The notes under the pieces are model-generated. The model saw only the letters and a list, made by a program, of their open reading frames with translations, was not told the origin of the DNA and made no database searches. From contig CM039002.1 in the NCBI GenBank assembly GCA_017499595.2, positions 1,364,001-1,428,000 on the forward strand: 64,000 bases of DNA, given 5' to 3'. Numbering within the stretch: position 1 is the stretch's first letter; each line of letters opens with the position of its first letter. The DNA is from Psilocybe cubensis. Its lineage: Eukaryota. Of the stretch, positions 48,040 through 60,699 are shown one piece after another. The translations under genes and the position numbers were made by a program.

Positions 48040-50522
48040 ATGTCCCGCTCTCAGCTGCCGCCCCTCAACACCGTGGCGGGCGACGCCCTCATCGGCCCAG
48101 ACGCCTCCTCTTTCAACTCGCCCTCCCGCACAAGACACCACCCCACACCTGCCACCGCAAAGCGGAAGAACAAGCAGCCCGCAGCAGTCCTCCCAGCAGA
48201 CGATGACGACAGAGTGCCAAGCGACGAGTCGACGCCTTTGTTGGCGTCAGCACAGAAGCCAAAGAAGAAACCATTCTACCGCCCACGACCGTTATGGTAG
48301 GTCCTTTGCCTTTTCCGTGCGCATATATCCCTCATTCTCGCTAGGCTTGTCCCATTTGCCGTCACTGCGTCACTAGTGGTCAGTATTATTCTGCGCTAGC
48401 ACTATCTCTGTTCTCACTGCCATGTCTACAGCGCGCAATGACCCTTGCACCCCGTGTCGAAGTCTTTACACAGCTCTCCTGCAACAAGCTCCACGGCGAC
48501 CACCACTGGAATCACACACAGGTCCCTGCCATCTTTTCCCCTACAGTTGATCCCATCAGCCCCCTGCTACATCAATTCCATCCCTCCAACAATTCATCAC
48601 CGCTGTCCGTCTCTGTCCTGCTCGATCCGTTAGACCAGGACAGACAGGACAGCGACGACACTGAAAATCCAAGTCGCCTGCCTTCCAAGAGATGTCTGTC
48701 AGACCCGGCAGTCATCGCAGGTGCAGCACGCATACAAGCTATCATGACCACAACCATGGGCTTCCTCTCTGCCCTCACCACAGGCTGGTGGGGTCACTTC
48801 AGCGAGCGTCACGGCCGCACTCGTGTCATGGCCATCGCCACCCTCGGTCTTTTCCTAACGTGCGTCCCACATCCATCTCCATCAACAAGTTTGACTGACC
48901 CCCCATTAGCGATCTCACATTCATTCTCGTCTCTACTCCTTCTTCCCCGCTTGCCCGGCACGGACACAATCTCCTCCTCATCGCACCTGTCATCGAGGGT
49001 CTGCTCGGCGGCTGGTCCACTCTCCAATGCGCAACTTCCGCCTATCTCAGCGACTGCACGTCCCCCGGCTCCCGCGCACAAATATTCAGCCGTTTCCAGG
49101 GCGTCTTTTACCTCGGCCTCGCCGTGGGTCCCAGTATCGGCGGTTTCCTCATCCAGCATCCCTTACGCATCTTCGCGGCCGAAGCAGGTGGGGATAAAAC
49201 AGTCACAACCGTATTTTGGGTCTCCATCATGCTCTCCTTTGCAAATCTCCTCCTCGTCCTCTTCGTATTCCCCGAGTCGCTCGGGAAGAAGAAGATGCTA
49301 GAGGCAATCGCAGAGGCAGAGGCCGCCGCGCTCGCTGCAAGCAAGCACACCGCCGTCGCTGTCGACCCAGCGCAGGCGAATGATGCAGGAGCATCGTCAT
49401 CCGATGTGCCTGAACCGGCAAAGCAAGAAGACGGCGTCATTGTTGGGTTCCTGAGGCCCCTCGCCGTGTTCCTTCCTGTCATGGTTCTCCAGCCTTCCCC
49501 GAATGGAATCGGCCTGCGCAAGAAGCGCGACTGGAGCTTGACCATTCTGGCACTCGCGCTGTTCGCGTTCATGCTCTCCACGGGCTTGTACCAGCTCAAG
49601 TATATGTACGCTATGCAGACGTACGGATGGGGTGCCGAGCAGCTTGGGTATTATATTTCGTTTATGGGTGTAGGAAGGGCGGTCTGGCTATTATTTGCCT
49701 TGCCTTGTGAGTTATTTATACCTCAAACCCCAAAATACGAGTTTGCTAATCCTCCCTCAAGTCCTCATTGGGTTCTTCAAACCAAAACGTAAAACCGCAA
49801 AGAAACAACCCACAGCAGCAGCAACATCGTCAGGCGCACCGACAACAACAACGAAGAAACCCAAACCGACACGTACACAGCTGGGCGAAGAGATCCGCTT
49901 CGACCTGCGTCTCACGCGGTGCTCGCTCCTCGTCGACATTCTCTCGCACACGCTCGTCTCGGTCCTCCCCGGCCCGGCGCATATGAACCTGGACGGGCTC
50001 ATGGTCGGCGGGATCAGCCCGGAGAAGAGCCAGGCGCTGTTCGTGCTCGCGTCGTCGATGAACGGGATGGGCAGCGGCGCTGTCCCGGCGATCCAGAGTC
50101 TCGCGCTGTGTATGCTCCAGGTGCGCGCGTTTAATGGCGGTGAGGGCGGGGATAATGTCAATGAGAATGGGTCGCCTTCCGCTGGTAGTGGTGCGGGTGA
50201 GACGCCAGGCTCAGGGACACTGTTCGGTGCACTCGCGGTACTCCAAGCTGTCGGGCAGATGATCCTCGGGCCGATGCTCTTCGGGCTGATATACAGCGGC
50301 ACAGCCGCGAGCTTCCCCAAAGCCATCTTCGTCGTCGGCGCGTGCATCGTGGGCTTTGCGGGGTTGATGATGCTGTGTGTGCGTAACCCGGTCAAGGGGA
50401 TGAAGCGCAGGAGGAGGATATTGATGTTGGGGGATGATGCGGAGGAGGCGGAGAGGGGACGGTCGAGGGTTAGTAAGGATTTGAGGGGCGGGGCGGTGCG
50501 CTATTCGTCGTGCGATAGTTAG
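48040..50522 (+). CDS. MFS transporter (fungal, TetA/SLC46-like), substrate unknown
   Basis: LTTGWWGHFSERHGRTRVM (MFS motif A-like), AYLSDCT..SRAQIFS, VFPESL, GTLFGALAVLQAVGQMILGP. Confidence 0.88.
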
Positions 50523-51350
50523 AGCACAGGAGCGCTAGAGGATTTGGGAGGTTGGGTGTGTGGGGGGGGGGTTTGTGTATTTTGCTTCTGTATGATTAGC
50601 ATTTAGGCTGCGTTGCTGTTGCCCGTTTTCGTCGATTGTATTATTTGTTAAGTAGTATAGTAATATTGTAGACTAAGTATTAGTAGAAAGAATGAGAATG
50701 GCACAAAAAAAGCATACATTCTTTTAAATTTTTTTTTTATCTGTGAACGAGGAAGTTGGATAAGTATTGAGATCTGAGAATTAGGTGGGATTGGACTCAG
50801 GAGTGCAAGAAAACTTCGATTTGGTAGTGGGCGCTGGGCTTGACCTTCACGTGATGTTAATGACGCGACGCGCCAAGGGTTCATTGACATTTCACAAAGC
50901 GGTCGGCGAAGAGAGTGACAAAATATGCTACTCGTAACTGGAAGTAATCATTCAGACTTATTGTGCGGCATAGTGACTAGATAGAAACATAGACTCAGAG
51001 GGCAGTGGGAATACATCCAATTATACTATTAGTCGGCCGTACTGCTAGTATCATCACACGATCAGGGAGATTAGCATTAGCAAATATTTGTAGGAAAAAA
51101 TTGGTGAATTGCAGAACTTGAACTTGAAGAACAGGAACATATCCCATTTCCGCGATAGAAACTTACTATGTACCCGAAATCATAGACGGCTAAAGATCAT
51201 CCAAGATTTCTCAAAAATATTTCCGCATATTCATAATACCTATACACCTACAAGTACAACACAAAGATAGCCGTCTGGCCACGGATTGGCGACGTGGAAT
51301 TTGATCTGAATGAATAAATCAACCAATACTTTTTTTAGAGAGAAAAAACA

Positions 51351-52265
51351 TCACAATTGGCTGGAAAAGAAGTTGTTACAGTGTTAGCCTCATAATTAGA
51401 AATCAAGAAGAAGAAATAAAAAGACACGGACTCGACGAAGAAAGGGGCGCCGTTCAGTGTACCTTCGCATGATCCGTGCTGAGTGTTCCCGCAGACATGG
51501 AACACCTCTGACGCAGCGACACCCTGTATGTTCAAAGGTGACAATCAGCATTCAGCAAAACGGTATTTGAATAATATTATATATATATATTTTGTAAAAA
51601 AGAAAAAAAGGCGCGTACAAAGTCGTTGAAGCAGTATTCTGTCGGTTGCGTCGAGCTGGTGCCGAAAGCGGCGTATTCGCAGCTGTTGAGGATGAATGCG
51701 AGAGCCTGGCCGGGTGGGATTGTGAAGGTAGCCGCTGCAGAGCACACATATGTGGGCCAATGTTCTCGTAGAACACATTGATGATGCTACACACGATTGT
51801 TTATAAGAGAGTTTGCGAGGTTGGTGCAGTCCGCTGCTTGAATATGATCGGTAGTAGCGGAGCACATGCTAAAGAAACCTTTTTCGGGCGACCGTATGGG
51901 TATTTACAACTGTAACAGCGAAAATGGAGAAGTGCTTACAAGGAACACCGCAGATGCAGTTGGCTGTCGTGCACTGAGAAGCAGCGCGCTTGTCCTGCAG
52001 AGATCGAAGTGAGTTTGCGGCCGCTCGAGCTTTGGGGGCCTCGTGGATGTCGTTGGTGCAGTTGAACCTCTGCATGGTAATGGTGTGGCCAGAGGGCATA
52101 GTCACGGGTGTGGAGTCGATAATGTGCTTGTTGTCGCATCGTCTGGCGTTGCCTGTATCAATGAGAGACAATCAGCATTTTGTTCAACGTGAATGAGGAA
52201 GAAGGGCTACCCAAAGCAATGCTTGACGCTACTGCGAGGGCAACAAAAAGGAACGTCGAGTACAT
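51351..52265 (-). CDS. Small secreted Cys-rich protein with Kex2-type KR site, copy 1 (6 exons)
   Basis: Signal peptide MYSTFLFVALAVASSIAL, pro-region ending QDKR, mature part with 10 Cys, ending FFVDQL-TGA. Intron positions match copy 2. Confidence 0.85.
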
Positions 52266-52885
52266 GAGTTTAGAAGTAGATTGACGAGAAGCTGCAAAAT
52301 GTTCAACTGATGATTTTTCTTTCGCTCTTCGAGCACCCGCCTTTAATTTATACCTTTGGCGAGGCATCCAGTCCAACGCATTCACCTCGGTCCTCAAGCC
52401 AATAGTCCATGAACGTCAACTCCTGAGACCAATCACCCCCACCCCCTCTGAAAAAACCGCACGAAGAAGTAAAAGTAACGATCAGAAATCAGGCATTGCA
52501 CTCAAAAAAGTCTGAAGCATGTCAACGGCGACGTTGACCATTCAAACAGCCGGAGCTCATTGCCCTTCTGGGTTGCGCCAAATACAGTGCGGACGTCGGT
52601 AGGTCGAGGTCTGTCGTCCGCAGCATCAATGGAACAGTCGATTCCAACTTATAGGGGTGTGTGCACGCTACAAAAATACCGACATGTGTGATCACCGGTG
52701 TTAATGAGTGAGCCACCGCGTCCAAGGGGAAGGCCATTTTTGTGACTGTATTTTGCGAGCGGGCAAGATAGGGGATGAGAGGACAATGGTCCAGAGTACA
52801 GACTAAATACCTATAGTCCGCCAGGTCGATTTTGAACAGAGATGTTGTTTGGCTTTTCGTAAATTGCTAATTGTTTGGGGTAAAC

Positions 52886-54270
52886 AATATCGCTCGAAGG
52901 GATTCCTGCGAGATATAAGAGAAGAAGGAAATATAATTGTGAGATTGAATAACACAAGATATCAAGTAAAGTGAGGACTATATATCCGTGGTGACACAAA
53001 TTTCTGTGGGTGTGTAGCTGAACATTGGCTGCGAGTCGAAGTGACCACAGGAATTAAAGGACACGTGATCGTTAGTACAGGTCTGACGCGATGAAGACGC
53101 GACCTGGATGAACTGATTTGGAAGGACCCGGGAAGCTCCCGTACAGGCATGTCCGGATTTTCGCGGATTTGAGGCCAAAAAATGGCAATTTCTTTGTCCA
53201 GTTCTCGCGGATTTGAGGGCGCCGCAGGCAAAATTTTGGCCAAACAAAGTCCGGTTTGGCGGATTTGAGGCCCATATTTTTAAAAAAACTTCTGTAGTAA
53301 TGGTTCAAAGGCGGCATGCCGCAACCATTTTTCCCAGATGCAGCTAATTGTTGGCCAAATTTGGGGCCGGGATCCCGCTTAGATTGCAATGATTGGCCAG
53401 CGTCTATTATCTAAGAGCGGTAGACGGATGGAAATCAACGGAAATACACAGTAGTAAATCGAAGCAAGGTTACATTTCCTATATACAGCATATTAGTGAA
53501 ACTTGGACGTCTTTTCTCTGCTACCCTGACATATTTCTTCACTATCCTGATAACTAGTAATGGAGGTTCCACCTCCTCAAAATCCTTCCCCTCGAGGCAT
53601 GTAACACCTAAATATCTACTCCATATGTTTATTTTGCAATCAATTAATGACTTGTCGAGCCATCGAGTGGTTTTGCAAGCTCGCCCCGCAGGGCTGAAAA
53701 AAAAATCCTAATTGGGAAAGCCCCTATCGGGCATTGTCCGGTTTCGCGGATTTGAGCCCCAAAATCTCGCGGATTTGAGGGCAAAAATTGGGATCCCAGG
53801 CGGACATGCTTATAGGGGAGCTTCCCGGGTCCTGATTTGGAGAGGAGTTGGGCTGCCAAAGGCCTGAGCGACTAGGTCAAAGCCACACTAAAGCCAGTTT
53901 CGAAGATTGTGATGTGGCTGTACCAAACACTAATAAGAAGAAAGACGGGAGCGGTGGGTGGGATCAGAAATTCCCTGGAGAAAATCATTCCAGAATTCGA
54001 AAACTTAAAGTTCAGAGACAGAAAAAAAGCGAAATCTCCTGGAGGCGAGAAAGAACCTCGAGATGGGGGAAAGGCACATTCTCGAGGTGGTATAGCAGGT
54101 CCACAAAATTGAAGAAGGACATTGTATTTTAACTGCCTTCATGTCACAAATAGAATGATCATTTATCTGTCAAAAGAATTGATGAAGATCAGTGAAGATC
54201 CCTTAGGGGAAAATCCTTTTTTCTCCCTCTCATGTTATCCGCAGTTGAGCTCGTTTGCGCACTCATCGCT
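52886..54270. mobile_element. About 1.4-kb insertion upstream of copy 1, absent from the paralogous region of copy 2
   Basis: Homology with the copy-2 upstream region breaks at 52885 and resumes at about 54271. Flanked by GGGTAAAC/GGGTATAC (7/8 match); the paralogous site is a single CGGTAAAC at 56084-56091. Confidence 0.55.
53123..53833. mobile_element. Non-autonomous TIR DNA transposon (MITE-like), 711 bp
   Basis: 33-bp TIRs (30/33 match) starting AGGACCCGGGAAGCTCCC, perfect 8-bp flanking direct repeat GATTTGGA (53115-53122 and 53834-53841), five internal GCGGATTTGAG repeats, no transposase ORF. Confidence 0.88.
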
Positions 54271-54531
54271 GGGTATACGCATTGCCAATGTCCAGTCGTT
54301 TGCTTCAGCTGATGACGTCACAGTACGAGAAGTAAAAGAAAGAAAGAGGATTAAAGAAAACAGGATCTGTTGAAGTGCGCCTCTCACGACATCGAGTAAT
54401 GATTCAGACTTTTAGGTACAGAATACAAGTTACCACTTGCCGGCTTGAACAGTTTCAGTACGTAGATAACACAACAGTAGACATCCATAATGGCCAACGT
54501 GGAGTAAACCAACCAACGGAATACAAAGACA

Positions 54532-55415
54532 TCACAGGAGGTTCAGTTGGCTGATAAAAAACACGTGAGTCCCATAATGTACGAAAGCACAGTAAAACGA
54601 ACACGTACTCGACGAAGAAAGGGGCGCCGTTCAGTGTACCTTCGCATGATCCCTGCTGGGTGTTTCCGCAGACGTGGAACACCTCCGACGCAGCGACACC
54701 CTATATTTTCAAAGGAAACAATCAGCAAAACACGATACAAGTGGCACAGAAAAAAGCAAGAAAGGCGCTTACAAAGTCGCTGAAGCAGTATTCTGTCGGT
54801 TGAGTGTTGCTGGTGCCGAATGCAGCGTATTCGCAGCTGTTGAGAATGAATGCGAGAGCCTGGGCCGGTGGGATTGTGAAAGAAGCCGCTGCAGAGCAAC
54901 TGTTTGAGCCAATGTTCTCGTGGACCACATTGATGATGCTACGCACGGTTGCTTATAAGAGAGTTTGCAAGATTGGTGCAGTCCGCAGCTTGAATATTCG
55001 CGGTTGTAGGGAAGCACTTGTTAAAGAAACCTTTCGGGTGATTGTATGGGTATTTACAATGGTAAGTGCGAAAAAGGATAAGTGCATACAAGGAACACCG
55101 CAGATGCAGTTGGCTGTCGTGCACTGAGAAGCAGCGCGTTTGTCCTGCAGAGATCGAAGAGAGTTTGCGGCCGCTCGAGCTTCGGGGGCCTCGTGGATGT
55201 CGTTGGTGCAGTTGAATCTCTGCATGGTAATGGTGTGGCCAGAGGGCATAGTCACGGGTGTGGACTCGATAATGTGCTTGTTGTCGCATCGTCTGGCATT
55301 GCCTGAATCAATGAGAGACAATCAGCGTTTTGCTTGACGTGAATGAGGAAGATGGGCTACCCAAAGCAATGCTTGACGCGGCTGCGAGGGCAACGAAAAG
55401 AAATTTCGAGTACAT
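54532..55415 (-). CDS. Small secreted Cys-rich protein with Kex2-type KR site, copy 2 (6 exons)
   Basis: Paralog of 51351-52265; ends FFVDQLNLL-TGA. Confidence 0.85.
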
Positions 55416-57053
55416 GAGCTTAGAGGTAGATCGACGAGAACTGTAAAATGTTCAACTGATGATTTTTCTTTCGGTCTTCGAGCAACCGCCTTTATACCTT
55501 TGGCGAGGCATACAGACCAACGCAGTCACCTCGGTCCTCAAGCCGATGGTCCATGAACGTCAACCCATGAGATCAGTCACCCCCAACCACTCTGGAAAAA
55601 ACGCACAGAAAAGCAGGGATAAGAATCAGAAACCAAGCATGGGGCTCAAAAAAAGCCTGAAGTCTGTCATCGGCGACGTCGTCCAGTCAAACAGTCAAAG
55701 CTTATTGCTCTTTTGGGATACGCCGAACACAGTGTGGACGTCGGTAGGTCTGAGGTCTGTCGTCCGCAGTATCGATGGAGCAGTCGGTTCCCAGATTGGG
55801 GTGTGTGTACGGCTACAAAAATAAGACCTGTGTGAACACGGGTGTTAATGGAAGAGCTGCCGGGTACACGATGGGACCAAGGGAAAGTCCATGTTAATGA
55901 CTATATCCTATGAGTGGGTAAGATACAGGTCGGATGAGAGGACAATGGCAAATGCGGATCCGTCATGTCTCTGACTGACGGGCAAGACCCAGAGTATAGG
56001 TTAAACACCTACAGTCTGGCACCTCAATCGGTCGATTTTGAGCAGAGATGTTGATTGGCTTTTTGCAGTTTGCTAATTGTCTGCGGTAAACGCATTACTA
56101 ACATCCAGTCGTTTGCTTGGTCTGATGACAATCATAGTAATATTGAGAGGGTGGATGGCTATGGACGGATTGGTTTAAAGTCTATTATTGACAGCATGGA
56201 AATGGAAAGCTATCCATGAATAATGTATTTCTATCTGTTCAGAGGGAGGACGTACCAGTACGAATTACTTGGAAATCCAAGACGGGCAATACAAATGGCC
56301 TCATGAAATACAACGCGCCGAGAAGTGGTTCGTGGTTCGTGGTATTTGGAAAAAGTAAACAACGAGGCGAATTGACCTGTTGCAACACTTGTATGATTTG
56401 CCTATTTTGACGGATGGCGTCGAGTCGAGTGAGGCAGTAAATGCCTGAACAGATATAGTGAGAGAGTGCGTGGTCAAAGGCCAAATGTCGATTGACAGGA
56501 AAGCCAAACTATGAAGGCGATTGATACACTCTTAACGACGATTGGAGGCAGACTGAAGTCCGTAAGTCCGACCTTTCCGAACAAATTGGATTTGAAGGCT
56601 GGACTGATGATGTCCAACGGCTTATTTGAGGCTAGTAACCGTCCTAAGAAATAATGCCGCTAGATAAGAGCATGGGTAGTTCAAGCAGCGAGAACCAGCT
56701 TTCACTGCTTTGGATGTAGTTCTTTCAGCATGCCATGGAAATTAAACATGCCATTTGCTGGAGAAGTCGAGCATGTTGCCGAAAAGATATGAAGAGATGG
56801 AGCAGTATGTGTTGCATATGATCGCCGGATGAGAAGAACGTGTGTTGTGATAAGCTTCCCGATAGTTGCTGTATGGCAGTAAAATAAAAAAGCGTAGAGA
56901 ATGGCTGTGAGGAGAAAAGAGAACTGGCCTGAGGGAGGCACTGTGCACACGGCTGGACCGATGAGAAACAAACAAATGACAACAGTGTGTGTTCTGTTGT
57001 TGTTCCAGTGACTTGAGCGAGACTTATACTTTTCTCTCTTTCAGCAGGAAGAG

Positions 57054-58975
57054 ATGACAAACTCCAACGCCGTTGCTGGCCCTTCGTCCATGCCGTCTCT
57101 CATCCCCCACTACTCCAGTTCTCCGTCACCGCCGCCCCCAGCCCACCACTACCCACGCCCTCCCACTCCGCCCCTCCTCTTTCTACCCCCCGCCCCAGGT
57201 GGTTTTCTCTATTTCTGTTCTTGATCTACCTGCTAACACTTGTACCCAATTCCACCTTCCACTTCATCAACTCAGTCCGCCAGCAGCCTAAGCAGCATCT
57301 CGAAAGCACACAGGACCTCCTCGCCCGATTTCACCTCCACCCCGCCTATGACAAATACGTTCGTCCTCTCGTCACCCCAGGCGACGACTTCGCGTCAGCT
57401 CCCACACACGATCAGCATGCACCTCCAGTCGACGGTGCCACAGAGAGGCTGGATAAAGGAAAAGGGAAGGAGCGGGATCCGGCCACAGCAGCAGTCACCC
57501 CAGGTCCCTCAGGTGCTACAGAGGCGGATCACGCCGATGGCCCCGATGCTGACGACGACGATGCTGCCGGGGGCAAGGGAGAGAAGAAAAAGAAGAACTC
57601 GTATAAGCATTTAATCAAGGGTCTGCCTGGTATGTCCCATCCTTCTCGCGTTCAATGCTCTGTATGTTTGGTTTCGATGGAGAGACTTTCTTCTTTTGCC
57701 ATGTTTCCGCGCTTTGGCCTTCCAAAATTCGCTTCGTACTCGTGCTTACATCGTGTCTGTGACTGCTTCAGGCAAGCATTCGTTCAAAAAGGACGAAGAG
57801 CTCACCAAGATCATGCTCGCACCACCAAAACAACGCATGCGTATACTGCAATTTGATGCGAAAACTCAAGAAGATGCATTCACAGTAAGCGCAGAAGGCT
57901 TAAAAGGCGTACGTATCTACCACTGTTTACTACCTTTTCTTCAATCTCAAAATATATTCAGTGGAATATCAACGCCCTCGTCCTCGAATCCGCACAGGCC
58001 CGGGAAGACCGGAAAAAGAGAGTACGTTATCTCTTTTCGTCATTCATACACAATCTATCATCCCATCCCGGTTTACTCACACACTCCTTTTTTCCTATCT
58101 CGTCCTGTAAACAGAAAGAGGCCAGGCGGCTCGCCAAACTGCAGCAAGCGCAGGCGCAGGCAAACGGAGTGGCCCTCCACCATGCCGACTCCACTACAGG
58201 CGCATCAACGCCTCAACCATCTTTTGCTGGCACAACCCCTGGTGTGTCAACGCCCGGCGTAGCGCAACCTCAACCGGTAAAAGCATCCATGCAGGCGAGT
58301 GCAGGCGTTGGTGGTTCAGGTATAAAGAAACCGGGTGGAATTGTGCCCGGGAGAACGGGGACTCCTCGGACAGCGGCTGGAGCTGGTGTCGGTACTCCGA
58401 GACCTGTATCCGCGGCCCCTCAAACTACGGTCGCTGTACCCAGCCCTGTTATTGCTGCTCAGGCGTCAGTTGGTGGAGGCTCAGGCGTGGCTGGTGGGCC
58501 TGCTACAATTCCAAGATCGACATCCACAATTCCCAGGCCGGGGTCCGCTGTTCCAAGGCCGGGATCAACCGTTCCAAAACCTGGGAGTGTACCCATGAAA
58601 CAACAGCAACCGTTGAGATCGGGAACGCCGATGGATGTGGATCAGCAGCGAGGGAAGAAGAGGGAGAGAGATGACGGTGGTACAGTGAATGGCGCAGTTA
58701 ACGGGAATGGGAACGGCGCGCATATGAATGGTCATAATGGGCACAGCACGGCGAATGGTACACAACAGTTTCATCCTGGTCATCATGCTCTCAATTCGAA
58801 AGCTGGTACGGGGAATATACGACCGAGGCCCATCAAGAAGCAGAGAATGGTATGTTTTTTTCTCCTGTTTAGTTTACACAAGCTTAGCAGGGTTGCTGTT
58901 ACGAAGGATATGCAAGGACAAGCGAGAGATGTCAATGGACCAGTGCAGCAGCAACCAACGCCTCAAGGGGTTTGA
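57054..58975 (+). CDS. MED19: Mediator subunit 19 (Rox3)-like protein; start uncertain
   Basis: TQDLLARFHL..YDKYVRP and GEKKKKNSYKHLIKGLP/GKH resemble the fungal Rox3 domain, followed by a low-complexity tail with basic NLS-like clusters. Confidence 0.72.
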
Positions 58976-60699
58976 GCAAATTCTTTTCAGTGCCTGGTTT
59001 TTCCCTCCTGCCTACCTTGTTGCTTCTCTTCGTCGTTCGAATCGACGAAATGTGGCCAGTAACTCGAAATATGGTGCTTTCGTCATTCTGTTGCACCAAT
59101 AGCGTCCAATAATTCTCGGATCCTATCGGGCAAGAGATTATCAAAGGTCGTGGATAATGCGTTAAACCACGTCGTCTCTCAACTCCGCTTTGGATGCCTC
59201 CTGCACCATATATTGTTATGGTTGTTCTCTGCATTCGCTTTCTATTGTGGATTATCGACGAGTCACGATTGCCATGAATCACGACGTTCACTGTTTCTTT
59301 TCCATGTTCCACTTTGTGGCCTGCGGCAATCAATCTAATGGATCAGTATCATCAAACATAATGTCTGGACGAACTCGCTTTTTTCTGGTGTATTTCCTTT
59401 CTCCAATGCTTCGTTGTTTTTGCTTTTCGAATTTCTCGTCGTTTTGTTCATCCCTTTGATTTTGTGTATTGGTCTGTGGTATCTCTGTTCCTTCAATTTT
59501 TTTTCTTTTTTCTTTTGTCATCACCTTTTTCTAGCCTTCTTTCAACGTTTCTTTATTTTTTTTGTTAATTCCAACCGTCAATCTGTTTCTGGGTTCAACT
59601 TCATACTTACTTGCCTCTTTTGTCTCTGCGATATCCTCCCCATCATTCATCCTTCTGAACAAGCAATACATCGCTCTCCCGAGCACTGCATTTTTCCATT
59701 ATCCGGACTGTTATTATGAGCATGATGTAAGGATTGTTTTCGCAGAGAATCTGAAGGGTTTAGAATGCGTCTATATATGCGCATTCTTTGGGGTGTCGAG
59801 CGGTGCCTTCTTTTCTGATGTGTGTGGAATTGTTGTTGGCTGGATATGGCGGGGAGGGCATAGGGCATTTATATATGCTGGGTGTGTATGTATGTGGAAT
59901 TTTCATTCCACCACCACCTATTTGGGGCAGACCTGCGGCGTAGTGTGGATGCTGTGGGTATGTGTAATTCACAATCGAATCAGCGGGTGAGATTGCCGGT
60001 CGGGTTAAATGTGTGCGTGTACTTTGACGAGCGGCCTGTTGTGGTTGTATCCATGTCCGCGACCATGTTCCAGTGTGTGTTTGTTATCTGACTACCTTCA
60101 GCCGACTTGTGTTCGTTACCGCCGTCTATTGCTTAGACATTTTTCACTGACCTACAGGCTCTTCATTTAACCAAGCTTTCCTTGTGAGTTTTTTTTGCTT
60201 GGTTAACGGGATAATGATTGTGGTCTGATCCCCTCCCAACAGCTTTGCATTCTCGTCTTTCACTCTAACTCTCAACTTACGTCGCACTCGATAGTCTCAA
60301 CTTCAAGTCGCTAAAATTCAATTAAAGTATACACGCAAGGTATATTGAAGCTTAAATTTCTCATGTTACATGCACGATAATGATGTCGACTGTCTAGTAG
60401 CCTTGCCTTTTTTCCATAGAACCGGCCCGAATACTTCGACGTACCCGCTACTTCTTGTCACCTACAGCCTAACATCTATTGGAAGCCGGTGTGGGTGAAT
60501 GCCTACATCAAAAGTGTTCACCTTGGCATGACAGATTATGTAGTATGTGCGTTCTTCGTCTCTGAAATGCCGCTGCTTAATACATCATTGGGTCTAGGTT
60601 AGACCAAAGCGTAGGAGGAATGGCGCGTTCAAGGCCGTAGATCCTTGCCTTGGTTATTACATCCCACTGCCGCGGGATACCCATCCAGGTCCAGAAACT

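Noticed and set aside
49757-50395. 212-aa antisense ORF (and similar ORFs opposite GH5, MES1, COX4 and the 60700 ORF)
   Set aside because: Shadow frames expected from biased codon usage of the sense genes.
52962-54132. Short ORFs inside the insertion/MITE as transposase remnants
   Set aside because: No DDE, zinc-finger or other transposase motif visible.
56200-57060. Possible minus-strand gene divergent from MED19
   Set aside because: Could not assemble a coherent exon chain.
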